Of a stretch of DNA of 64,000 bases, positions 1 to 9,596 are shown in pieces. The translations under genes and the position numbers were made by a program. The notes beneath the pieces are model-generated. The model did not search any database and had not been told where the DNA came from. It was given only the letters and a program-made list of their open reading frames with translations. Source of the stretch: Candidatus Amesbacteria bacterium (GTDB lineage: Bacteria; Patescibacteriota; Microgenomatia; CAZETR01; Amesbacteraceae); the NCBI GenBank assembly GCA_963736875.1, contig CAVTQH010000002.1:334663-398662 (forward strand), given 5' to 3'. Position 1 is the first letter of the stretch, and each line of letters begins with the position of its first letter.

Positions 1-248
1 TCCTGGTCGATATGTATCTTGGCGACCGGCTTCCGGATTTTGTCTATGATATCAAGTTTCTTAAAAAACTGCGTCAGTTAGGGAAATTAATAATTTTCAA
101 TCATCTTTTTTACGATGATGATAAACGTCGCAAAGCCGGAGAACTTGTAACCGGACTAAAAGATATTTTTCTTTCGGTGAATCTGATGCGTAAACTCACA
201 AATTTACTAATAATTTGCAGTTAAAACAGGTATAATATTCGCTGGTTT

Positions 249-3038
249 ATGTTCAAATTCTTAAATAAATTTCTCGATTTCAATCAGAAAGAAGTTAACC
301 GCCTGTATCTTAAAGTAAACGAGGTTAATACTCTTACCGAAAAATTCTCCAAGTTAAAAAAACCGGAGGATTTTGCAGCTGTTACCGCCGAGCTCAAAAA
401 GCGTCTTTCAGACGGCGCTTTGTTAAACGATTTGCTCCCGCCGGCATTTGCTGTTGTCCGCGAAGCTTCTGATCGGGCAATCGGATTAAGACCTTATGAC
501 GTCCAGTTGATGGCGGGAATCTGCTTTCATGAAGGCAAGGTTGCCGAACAAAAAACCGGTGAAGGCAAAACTTTATCAGCGGTTCCCGCCCTCTACCTCA
601 ATGCCCTATCAGGTCAGGGGACACATCTGGTTACAGTCAACGACTATCTGGCCCGTCGTGACGCCGGCTGGAATGGTCCCACTTTCCATTTATTGGGTTT
701 GTCGGTGGGCGTTATCATGCATGAACAGTCATTTTTATACGACCCGACTTACTTTGATCCGGCTCACGGTGATGACCGGCTGGCTCATCTGCGTCCCTGC
801 ACCCGTCAGGAAGCGTATGAAGCGGATGTTACTTATGGCACCAACAATGAATTCGGTTTTGATTACCTGCGGGATAACATGGTAGGGGAATTGTCGGAAA
901 TGTCCCAGCGCGGGCATCACTTTGCCATTGTTGATGAGGTGGATTCGATTCTTATCGATGAAGCCCGTACTCCTTTGATTATTTCCATGCCTGATACCGA
1001 ACCCACCCAGAAATACTACGAATTTGCCAAACTGGTCGATCGTCTGTCGGGGGACACCGATTATGTAATTGATGAAAAACATAGGACCGCCAATCTCACG
1101 GAACACGGCGTTAAAAAAGTGGAAAAAATGCTCGGTGTGGACAATCTTTACGAAAAAGATTTTGAAACAGTCCATCACATGGAAAATGCTCTCAAAGCCC
1201 GGACTCTGTTTCTCAAAGACAAGGATTACATTATTAAAGATGACGAAATCATCATCGTCGATGAATTTACCGGCCGGCTGATGCCCGGCCGCCGCTGGTC
1301 GGAAGGCATTCATCAGGCGGTGGAAGCCAAGGAAAATGTCCGTATCCAGCAGGAGTCAAAGACCATGGCCACCATTTCTTTCCAGAATTACTTCCGGATG
1401 TACGAAAAACTGGCCGGTATGACCGGAACTGCAGCCACCGAAGCCGAAGAACTGCAAAAAATCTACAAGCTGGAAGTGGTAATCGTTCCTACCAACAAAC
1501 CCATGGTCAGGCAGGATTTGCCCGATATTGTGTACAAAACCACGCGGGCAAAATATACGGCGTTAGCCAATCAAATAGCGGAACTGCATACCAAAGGTCA
1601 GCCGGTACTGGTGGGAACCACCTCGATCGAAAAAAACGAAATGGTCTCGGAACTTTTACACCGCAAAAAAATCCCCCACCAGCTTTTAAATGCCAAAAAC
1701 CACGAGCGTGAAGCTCAGATTATTTCCGAAGCCGGCAGGGTAGGTGCTGTAACCATAGCTACCAATATTGCCGGCCGGGGAGTGGATATTGTTCTGGGCG
1801 GGACTCCGCCCCCCAATCCCAAGTTCGTTCTGGGCCAGGACCGTTTGACCGATGCCCAATACAAAAAAGAGATGGATAAATGGCAAAAAGCCCACGACGA
1901 AGTGGTGGCTGCCGGCGGTTTGTGTGTTATCGGCACCGAACGGCATGAATCCCGCCGGATCGATAATCAGCTGCGCGGCCGCTCCGGCCGTCAGGGTGAT
2001 CCCGGCGCCACCCGTTTTTTCCTGGCTCTGGATGACGATATCATGCGGATTTTCGGCGGTGAGCAGGTAGCCAAAATTATGGGTTTTCTCAAAATCCCTG
2101 AGGATGAACCGATTGAACACGGCATGGTTTCCAAAGCTATCGAGCAGGCCCAGGTCAAAGTCGAAGGTTTTAATTTTGACGCCCGTAAAAGCGTGGTTGA
2201 TTACGACGATGTGATGAATAAACAGCGGGAAATTATTTACGGTCTGCGCCACCGGGTTTTAAACAATGAAATCAAGGACGAAGAAATTTTAACCAAACTT
2301 ACTTCCCAGATCAGAAATGTTATCAATATTTATGCTCCTCACGGAGTTGTTGAATCGGAAGTTTTACCTATTACCACAGCTCTGGTGGAAATAGTTCCCT
2401 TTGATGACAATTCCCAGACCGCCCTTTCAGCTCAATTTAAACAGCTGAGTGTAGCAGACGAAATTTCCAAATTAACGGACCAGATTATTACCGAGGCCTT
2501 CCAGAAGCGCCGCTCCCAGGTAGGGGATGATGTCTGGAAGCTGATTGTGAAGTTTTCATACCTTTCCGCCATCGACCATCTTTGGGTTGATCATCTCGAC
2601 GCTGTTGATGATTTGCGATCCGGCATCGGTCTTCGCGGTTACGGTCAGCGTGACCCCCTGGTTGAATACAAAGGAGAAGCTTTTTCCATGTTTGAAAGAT
2701 TGATCACTCAGGTGGAATCCGAGTTTTCCAAGCGTCTTTTCCGGATCCAAATTGGCTCCCCTCAGGAAGAGAGGCGGCAGGTCAGTCCCCAAATGATTGA
2801 GATCAAGCCGGATATGTCTGCAGTTACCGCCGCCCAAACTGATAGTGAGGTTCTGCCGGCCGGAAAACACGGCGGAAAAAAAGTCTCCGCTGACTTTATG
2901 GCAGCCATGCAGGGACTGCAAAAAGGCGGCGCCGAAAATCCCCACAAAAATATCGGCCGCAACGATCCCTGCTGGTGCGGCAAGAAGAAACCGGATGGCA
3001 CTCCTGTTAAATACAAACACTGTCATTACCCAAACTAG
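249..3038 (+). CDS. secA: preprotein translocase ATPase SecA
   Basis: 929 aa. DEAD-like motor motifs are present. The C-terminal zinc-finger tail CWCGKKKPDGTPVKYKHCH is typical of SecA. Confidence 0.95.
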   Translation: MFKFLNKFLDFNQKEVNRLYLKVNEVNTLTEKFSKLKKPEDFAAVTAELKKRLSDGALLNDLLPPAFAVVREASDRAIGLRPYDVQLMAGICFHEGKVAEQKTGEGKTLSAVPALYLNALSGQGTHLVTVNDYLARRDAGWNGPTFHLLGLSVGVIMHEQSFLYDPTYFDPAHGDDRLAHLRPCTRQEAYEADVTYGTNNEFGFDYLRDNMVGELSEMSQRGHHFAIVDEVDSILIDEARTPLIISMPDTEPTQKYYEFAKLVDRLSGDTDYVIDEKHRTANLTEHGVKKVEKMLGVDNLYEKDFETVHHMENALKARTLFLKDKDYIIKDDEIIIVDEFTGRLMPGRRWSEGIHQAVEAKENVRIQQESKTMATISFQNYFRMYEKLAGMTGTAATEAEELQKIYKLEVVIVPTNKPMVRQDLPDIVYKTTRAKYTALANQIAELHTKGQPVLVGTTSIEKNEMVSELLHRKKIPHQLLNAKNHEREAQIISEAGRVGAVTIATNIAGRGVDIVLGGTPPPNPKFVLGQDRLTDAQYKKEMDKWQKAHDEVVAAGGLCVIGTERHESRRIDNQLRGRSGRQGDPGATRFFLALDDDIMRIFGGEQVAKIMGFLKIPEDEPIEHGMVSKAIEQAQVKVEGFNFDARKSVVDYDDVMNKQREIIYGLRHRVLNNEIKDEEILTKLTSQIRNVINIYAPHGVVESEVLPITTALVEIVPFDDNSQTALSAQFKQLSVADEISKLTDQIITEAFQKRRSQVGDDVWKLIVKFSYLSAIDHLWVDHLDAVDDLRSGIGLRGYGQRDPLVEYKGEAFSMFERLITQVESEFSKRLFRIQIGSPQEERRQVSPQMIEIKPDMSAVTAAQTDSEVLPAGKHGGKKVSADFMAAMQGLQKGGAENPHKNIGRNDPCWCGKKKPDGTPVKYKHCHYPN

Positions 3039-3637
3039 AAATTTAAATCGGAGTAAAGATCTTTTATGAATGGAAAGAGCTTTGTTTTAATATCACTTCG
3101 TGAATGAATTTCAACTAGTTTTCTGGTAACTACAGAGTGGCAAGTAGGGCAAAGTATTATCCAATCCTTTGGGTCTTTCGATCCAGGTACTAAATGGTGC
3201 CATTCACACATTTTTATTCCACAGCATTCACATGTTTTTCCATACAATTCCAATGCCTTTTTTCGAAATGTGGACTTAGCCGTTCCTTTTCTATTTTTCC
3301 ACAATTTATAGTTCATGCGATAGTAACGTATAACCGTATAACTTACACCTAGGATTTTGGCAATTTCCTTATCGGTCTTCTTTTTCCAGTTGGAATTAAT
3401 AAACATTTTTTCTTTAAATACCAATTGGTTTGTATGTGGTCTTATCCCGGCCAGCTTAAGAGCATCAGACCACTTACCAAATCTTCTTACTATTGTTCTT
3501 GGTGAAGGTCCAGGTATTTTAACAATATCCCTAAAGGTGGGTGCTTTTTTAATTAGTTTATTTACTCCTTTTAAATAGGTAATAATATCGTTATTTGAAT
3601 AATCACGTTTAAATCTTTTATTTAAAGCTTTGTTCAT
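3035..3637 (-). CDS. free-standing HNH homing-endonuclease-like protein (NUMOD-type HTH + HNH)
   Basis: HNH motif CECCG...EWHHLVPGSKDPKDWIILCPTCH. IAKILGVSYTVIRYY resembles a NUMOD1 helix-turn-helix. The gene body is clearly more AT-rich than its flanks and sits convergent with secA, overlapping it by 4 nt. Confidence 0.7.
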   Translation of the reverse strand: MNKALNKRFKRDYSNNDIITYLKGVNKLIKKAPTFRDIVKIPGPSPRTIVRRFGKWSDALKLAGIRPHTNQLVFKEKMFINSNWKKKTDKEIAKILGVSYTVIRYYRMNYKLWKNRKGTAKSTFRKKALELYGKTCECCGIKMCEWHHLVPGSKDPKDWIILCPTCHSVVTRKLVEIHSRSDIKTKLFPFIKDLYSDLNF

Positions 3638-3733
3638 GATATTAATTTATATAAAAGTACGATAAATGTCAAAAAAGTACAAAATATGCCACTTTCCTAA
3701 TTAGATCCTAAGTGATCTAGTTCCTGATAACCA

Positions 3734-4441
3734 TTGGTAACCACATGGTATCCAGTGCTACACTTATTATTAATGGAGGAACAAATAGAACCGGGGCTAC
3801 CAACCAAGATCTCCTCAAAAGCATTTCCTAAATATTTTGCTACGGTTACCCCACTTTCAAAATTTCTTGCTGCAATAATATTTATAATTCTTCCGTTTTT
3901 TGGGTTTTATCTGGGAATAAAATACGGTGTATTAATCTCATCTGGCAAATCTGCTGCAAAACCTGTATTTATTAATAAGATTGTGGTTGCTACTCTAACT
4001 CCCCGCCCAAGCCTGCCTGCACCAACCGAAAAACCGGGGAAATGCGAATCTAACCCCTGTGTTGTAAATGGTATAGTTTATTATTCTGATGAACTGGGCG
4101 TAAAAAAAATAGTTGCCCAATCTGACTATAAAGAGACCCCTACCGCCGTAAGTGGTTATACTTATAAGTTCGCCCAATTATCCCCAAACAATAAGTTCAT
4201 ATCCCTTGGGAGTATAGGTCACGAATCAGTATCTTTTGAAGTTTATGATATTTCATCAGCAAAAACCCACTTAGTAAATGCTACCGGATTCGATTTTGGA
4301 TACTGGTTAAACGATAATAGGTTACTGGTCGTAGCAGAAGGTGGCATGGGTATAAGTAACGGGATCTTTATATCAAAAAACGGTACAGAGCCATGGATTA
4401 TGGAAAAAATCGGTGATGCACCAATTGATCTTAGATGGTAG
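3734..4441 (+). CDS. hypothetical membrane-anchored secreted protein
   Basis: N-terminal hydrophobic helix followed by a Pro-rich linker. No recognisable catalytic motifs. Confidence 0.45.
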   Translation: MVTTWYPVLHLLLMEEQIEPGLPTKISSKAFPKYFATVTPLSKFLAAIIFIILPFFGFYLGIKYGVLISSGKSAAKPVFINKIVVATLTPRPSLPAPTEKPGKCESNPCVVNGIVYYSDELGVKKIVAQSDYKETPTAVSGYTYKFAQLSPNNKFISLGSIGHESVSFEVYDISSAKTHLVNATGFDFGYWLNDNRLLVVAEGGMGISNGIFISKNGTEPWIMEKIGDAPIDLRW

Positions 4442-4573
4442 TTATTTTACGTGGTACCATGTTTTTCTGACACTTCAAAAAATGTCATTATCCCAACTGA
4501 ATCATTAAAATTTCAGGCCTGGGAGATCAATGAGTTTGACTTGATGTGATACAAAAGAGCTATATTAGTATCA

Positions 4574-5095
4574 ATGCCGGAGATAGATGCGGATATAAAC
4601 CCTGAAACAGTTTCCCCGACGGGTTTTAAAGTTAAAAAAACTGCTGTTTTAGCTCTTTTCTTAACATTATTACTGCTGATTTCTGGATTTATGATATGGC
4701 GCATCAGGAATCCGGGTATTTCAACAGTACAGACTCCAAAGTTAGCCGTCGGTTTTCCTGAAATTCCCGTTTATCCCAAAGCCAACCTGATCAGTTCCGT
4801 TTCAAAACCGGATACTGATGGGACTTTTTATCAAAGTATCTGGGAAGTAAGTGCAAGTGTTCCTGATATCTCGGGTTGGTATTTGAAATCACTGCCGGAC
4901 TCCGGGTGGGTTATTGATGTCAAACCTGCAGATATAAATGTCCCCGACATCCAAAATATCATTTCCTTTAAAGAAGATAAGACTTTAAACCTGGGAATTA
5001 TTAAAGAAGCGGACGGAAATAACGTAAAGATAACGGCGGAGTTTTTTCCCCCGGTCAAAGATGAAGAATTTAGTGTAGAAACTGAAGGGCCATAA
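4574..5095 (+). CDS. hypothetical membrane-anchored protein
   Basis: Single N-terminal TM segment (AVLALFLTLLLLISGFMIW). Immediately upstream of the giant surface protein. Confidence 0.45.
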   Translation: MPEIDADINPETVSPTGFKVKKTAVLALFLTLLLLISGFMIWRIRNPGISTVQTPKLAVGFPEIPVYPKANLISSVSKPDTDGTFYQSIWEVSASVPDISGWYLKSLPDSGWVIDVKPADINVPDIQNIISFKEDKTLNLGIIKEADGNNVKITAEFFPPVKDEEFSVETEGP

Positions 5096-5100
5096 TTCAA

Positions 5101-8100
5101 ATGAACAGTGTACTTCAAAGATTGTCAGCATTTTTTGTATTTATTATTTCCTTACTGGTTTTTTGTACTTTTCCCGCTGAGGCTGCCTTCCGTTTTGTTT
5201 CCCTCGGCGATGCCCAGAATGAATCCGGAAGATTGGGAACTACGGCAAATCAGGCTAATTCAGTAAATCCTATCATTGCCATTTTTAACGGCGATCTGGA
5301 AAACGATGGGGTCACATCTGCCGGATTTTCCACAATGACTTCAGCCATGGGTAATTTATTCCCCAAGACTTTTCTGGTGCGGGGAAACCATGACAATCAC
5401 TTAGCAGGCAGCGCCAGCCTGTGGTCATCTTTACAAAACAACGCCGCCAAAGCCCAGGCTTTAGGAGCCAGAAATTATTCCGAATTAAATTCCAATCTGA
5501 CATTTTCCTTTGATTATGAAAATGTCCGCTTTATAGGTGCGGACGTTCCGGGTGGTACCACCCTGCTGTCATCTGCCCAGATCGCATGGATAGGTCAAAG
5601 GTTAACTGACGCTGAAATTAACCACCCAGAGTTACAGCATGCCTTTCTTTACTGGCACGGCCCGGTTTACTGCGTGGCAAGCAACCATTGCGGTTGCTCG
5701 GCAGCCAATAATTACAGCTGTACCCCCTCGTCGATTATTTCTCTGATCAACCAACACCCGATTGTCTCTGCCACCTTTCACGGTCACGAGCATATTCTGG
5801 GCTGGACCCATATCAGTTCCGCCCGCCTCAGTGCAATTACCCATGAATATGAACAATTTATTACCAGTCCCGCGGGAGGCTGGACTTATAACAGCTATCT
5901 GTATCCTGCCCGTGTGGATTATTTCTATCCGGATATGAGTGGTGGCGGATCGGGGTTTGCGGCAGTTGATGTCAACGGACTTTCCTTTACCTATAATATA
6001 TATAAGGTCGGGACAAATTCTCCCGTTTGGTCCAGAACATTTACCAAAGGTTCTATCGGGCCGACTCCGACCCCCGGAGGTCCTACGCCCACACGTATTC
6101 CTACTCCTACTCCGACCAGGACTCCCACCCCCACCCCGATCAGGACACCGACTCCGACCGGATCTCCTGTCCCCACCACCCCCCCCGTGGGATCGTATTA
6201 CGTCTCACCCGGCGGCAGCGGAACCACCTGTTCCTATTCCAGCCCCTGTACTCTGAATACCGGTTTGGGCAAGTTGTCGGCCGGATACGCTTTATATCTT
6301 CGCGGCGGAACATATAATCAGACAGTCAGCATTTCCAAAAGTGGCACATCCGCAGCCCCGATTACTATTGATAACTATCCGAACGAGACAGCTGTAATCG
6401 ACGGCAATTACACCATACCTACAGGCAGCAACTGGGCACCGCTGGTAACAATTTCCGGATCCTATGTCATCTTCCGGGATATTGAAGTCGCCCGGTCAAA
6501 CGGTGAGGGAATTTCAGTAAACGGAACTTTTAGTCGGGTAGTTAATATTTACTCGCATCACAATCATGAAGCCGGAGTGATTTTGAACGGTGATGATACG
6601 GTTGCCGATGGCTGCAGGATTTACTATAACTCAATGCATAACGAGTTCGGCGTACAGCTGCCTAACGGACTAGGTTGGGGTACCGGTATCAGTGCCGCCC
6701 GGCATCCCTCACGGGCAATCATCAGGAATACCGTCAGTTGGAATAATTGGGGTGAGGGAATTTCTACTTTCGGTGCTGACCATACTATTTTAGAAGACAA
6801 CGTTTCTTACGATAACTGGTCCGTGAACATGTACATCCAGAATGTGCAGTATGCCGTTGTTCAGCGGAACCTTATTTACCGCACTCCTAATAATATTTTT
6901 TCAGGCATTGCCTATAAAGCCAGTGAAACCGGATTGGTGGAGGACAATGAGGCTGCCGATGCCCAGTACGGAATCAGTTCCAATAATATTTTCGTCAACA
7001 ATATTGTTTACGGAGCCAAGGGTAATTTTGTCCATTGGAGCGGCAGCACGGGGATGGTAAATGCAGTAATTGCCAATAACATATTTGTGAATGCCACAGG
7101 CCGTTCCAACGTCGATATTCAGGGCAGTAATACAAACATTCAATTCCGAAATAACCTTATTCTTCAGGATGATGGTCTGTCGATTGCCAGTATCGGCAGC
7201 GGGGTCACCAAGTCCAATAATCTGTGGTCTCGAACTCCGCCGGCAAATGCGGGCGGGACAAATGATGTCATAGGTGATCCGCTCCTGTCCCGGCAGGGAA
7301 CAATAGGCCCCGGTCAACTGACAGGGAACTGGTTTAAACTGACTTCTTCATCCCCGGCCATCAACAAAGCCGTCAGTTTGGCGCAGGTAGTCAATGATTA
7401 CTTCAAGTCGGCCAGACCTTACGGGGCGCTTCCGGACATCGGAGCGCATGAGTACGGAGGAGTAATGCCGCCTGTGACACCCACACCCACTTACGCGCCA
7501 ACCCCTACGCTCAGACCCACATCCACACCCGGACCGGGAACTCCCACTCCGACTCCTTCAAGCACCACTGCCAGGTTGATCCGGACCGTAAATTTATACC
7601 AGCTTTCCCCGCCTTCACCGGATTCATCCGGTATTACCTATCTCCAAAATTCCGGAAGACTCTTAATTTCCGATTCGGAAGTGGAGGAAATGCCGATATA
7701 TGCAGGTAAAAATCTTTTCGAAATCACCACCGGCGGCAGCCTGGTCAAAACCGCCACCACCACCGGTTATTCAAATGAACCAACGGGATTGACCTACAAT
7801 CCGAATAATAATCATCTGTATATCTCCGATGACAACTATCAGCGGATTTTCGATTTAAATCCGGGAACAGACACACAGTACGGTACCGCGGATGATACAG
7901 TTACATATTTCAGTACATCAGCATTCGGCTGCATTGATCCCGAGGGCGTGGCTTATGGCCAGGGCAATCTTTATATTATCAGCGGCACCCAGAGAATAGT
8001 CTATAAAACAACATTAAGCGGCAGTTTACTGGCAACTTTGGATCTTTCCGGATCAACCTACGGGCTTCAGGATTCGGAAGGGATCGCATATGATCCGGAC

Positions 8101-9591
8101 AGTAACACTCTGTATGTCATCGACGGTGCAAATAAGGCGCTGATAGAAATAACCACCTCCGGTGCACTGCTTCGGAAAATCAATATTTCGGAGGCAAATG
8201 CCGTATTACCCGGTGATGTTGCCATTGCCCCTTCCAGCAGCACCACGGATAATCCGGCGGTAAAAAGTTTATATATTGTCGCCAGAGGTGTGGACAATGA
8301 TGCTGATCCCTCTGAAAACGACGGAAAGATGTACGAAATGTCAGTAGCCTTTGCCAATTCTCCGACGGTTCAGCCGACACCTCCACCGACAGCCACCTCT
8401 GCCCCTCCCACAAGTTTCCCCACACCCCAGCAGGTTCCTGGAGACGCCAACGGGGACAGACAGGTGAATGAAGCCGATTATGCCGTCTGGAAGACTAATT
8501 ATAATCAGAGTGTACCTATAGGGGATTTCGCCCGGGGGGATTTCAGTGACCCGATTGTTCGGGCAGACGGCAAAGTCAACGGTCTGGATTACGCAGTCTG
8601 GTTTAATCACTTCACCGCCTCTTCACCTACCAATACCCCCGTTCCGACCGTTGTTCCCAGTAGTACTCCCAGACCCAGTGTCATACCCACTCCGCCTCCA
8701 AATACCACACCGACACCCACGTCCCCACCTTCAGGCAGGCGGATTACCAAATACTACGGTGTTGACAGGGGTAATCCGATTACCGACGCCAACTACTCGA
8801 TTTTAAGTCAGCACGCTGTTAAAACAGTGGTGGTGAGTACCGGTATTAACAGTTCTTCTGACTGGCAGAATATTGTCAATTTAGCCGCTAAATACAACTT
8901 TAATGTGGTCATCTGGCCGAATCAGGGAGGCGATGTCCCGGGGTGCGGTTGGGAGTCGCCTTATCAGGAACCTCAGAATGGCGATTATATCTGGAGGGTG
9001 AAGCCCATGCTGGACGCTATCGGAGGCAATCCCCGGATTATCGGTATTGTCAGTGCCCATGAACCGTTCTGGAGCTGTATCACCTCAATTGACGTTATGG
9101 CGACAATTAAAACCCAGCTGAAAGACTATGTAAAAACCAAGTTCGGCAGGAATGATTTCAAGGTCTGGAATTATATCGATAATATTGCCGAAAACGGTCT
9201 TCGGGGTGCCGATATCGGCAGGGTAATGGATGTGGCGGTCACCTGGCAGCATTGTTTCGGCGGGGCTGAAGGCAGCTGTCCGGGGGCTCAACAAAAAATC
9301 ATGAATGACCGTGCTGCAATAAACAGCGCCGGCTTGGACGGCACGGTCGACCTGGTGTATCTGTTCCAGACTTTTGCCATGGGCAGCGGTTATCGCATGC
9401 CTACTTACCAGGAAATGTATGACTGGTCCAAGACTTTCCTGGGTACCAATGCTTTGGACGGATTTATGTGGTATACCTGGGGAGCCTGCTGGTACTCCTC
9501 TGACCTATATTGTCCGACAAATACCCATCCCAATCAGAATTTATGGCCGAATATGAATAACGTATACGACCAGTTTGTGATCAAAAGCTGA
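5101..9591 (+). CDS. giant multidomain secreted protein: metallophosphoesterase - beta-helix - beta-propeller (NHL-like) - dockerin-like pair - C-terminal domain
   Basis: 1496 aa with a signal peptide. N-terminal domain has calcineurin-like GD...GNHD...GHEH motifs. A parallel beta-helix region carries N-x-x-N repeats. PT-rich linkers (PTPTPT) separate the domains. LYISD/LYIISG/LYVIDG blade repeats are present. Two dockerin-like Ca-binding repeats read DANGDRQVNEADYAVW and ADGKVNGLDYAVW. Confidence 0.8.
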   Translation: MNSVLQRLSAFFVFIISLLVFCTFPAEAAFRFVSLGDAQNESGRLGTTANQANSVNPIIAIFNGDLENDGVTSAGFSTMTSAMGNLFPKTFLVRGNHDNHLAGSASLWSSLQNNAAKAQALGARNYSELNSNLTFSFDYENVRFIGADVPGGTTLLSSAQIAWIGQRLTDAEINHPELQHAFLYWHGPVYCVASNHCGCSAANNYSCTPSSIISLINQHPIVSATFHGHEHILGWTHISSARLSAITHEYEQFITSPAGGWTYNSYLYPARVDYFYPDMSGGGSGFAAVDVNGLSFTYNIYKVGTNSPVWSRTFTKGSIGPTPTPGGPTPTRIPTPTPTRTPTPTPIRTPTPTGSPVPTTPPVGSYYVSPGGSGTTCSYSSPCTLNTGLGKLSAGYALYLRGGTYNQTVSISKSGTSAAPITIDNYPNETAVIDGNYTIPTGSNWAPLVTISGSYVIFRDIEVARSNGEGISVNGTFSRVVNIYSHHNHEAGVILNGDDTVADGCRIYYNSMHNEFGVQLPNGLGWGTGISAARHPSRAIIRNTVSWNNWGEGISTFGADHTILEDNVSYDNWSVNMYIQNVQYAVVQRNLIYRTPNNIFSGIAYKASETGLVEDNEAADAQYGISSNNIFVNNIVYGAKGNFVHWSGSTGMVNAVIANNIFVNATGRSNVDIQGSNTNIQFRNNLILQDDGLSIASIGSGVTKSNNLWSRTPPANAGGTNDVIGDPLLSRQGTIGPGQLTGNWFKLTSSSPAINKAVSLAQVVNDYFKSARPYGALPDIGAHEYGGVMPPVTPTPTYAPTPTLRPTSTPGPGTPTPTPSSTTARLIRTVNLYQLSPPSPDSSGITYLQNSGRLLISDSEVEEMPIYAGKNLFEITTGGSLVKTATTTGYSNEPTGLTYNPNNNHLYISDDNYQRIFDLNPGTDTQYGTADDTVTYFSTSAFGCIDPEGVAYGQGNLYIISGTQRIVYKTTLSGSLLATLDLSGSTYGLQDSEGIAYDPDSNTLYVIDGANKALIEITTSGALLRKINISEANAVLPGDVAIAPSSSTTDNPAVKSLYIVARGVDNDADPSENDGKMYEMSVAFANSPTVQPTPPPTATSAPPTSFPTPQQVPGDANGDRQVNEADYAVWKTNYNQSVPIGDFARGDFSDPIVRADGKVNGLDYAVWFNHFTASSPTNTPVPTVVPSSTPRPSVIPTPPPNTTPTPTSPPSGRRITKYYGVDRGNPITDANYSILSQHAVKTVVVSTGINSSSDWQNIVNLAAKYNFNVVIWPNQGGDVPGCGWESPYQEPQNGDYIWRVKPMLDAIGGNPRIIGIVSAHEPFWSCITSIDVMATIKTQLKDYVKTKFGRNDFKVWNYIDNIAENGLRGADIGRVMDVAVTWQHCFGGAEGSCPGAQQKIMNDRAAINSAGLDGTVDLVYLFQTFAMGSGYRMPTYQEMYDWSKTFLGTNALDGFMWYTWGACWYSSDLYCPTNTHPNQNLWPNMNNVYDQFVIKS

Positions 9592-9596
9592 TATCT

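Noticed and set aside
735-2252. Long antisense ORFs inside secA (735..1313, 1686..2252 minus strand)
   Set aside because: They lie entirely within the strongly supported secA frame. They are shadow ORFs of a GC-biased coding region.
5939-6317. Pro/Gly-rich ORFs (5939..6256, 5991..6179, 6027..6317) and similar ones at 34519..34749, 35973..36313, 36833..37079
   Set aside because: Alternative-frame readings of PT-rich linker-coding DNA inside well-supported genes.
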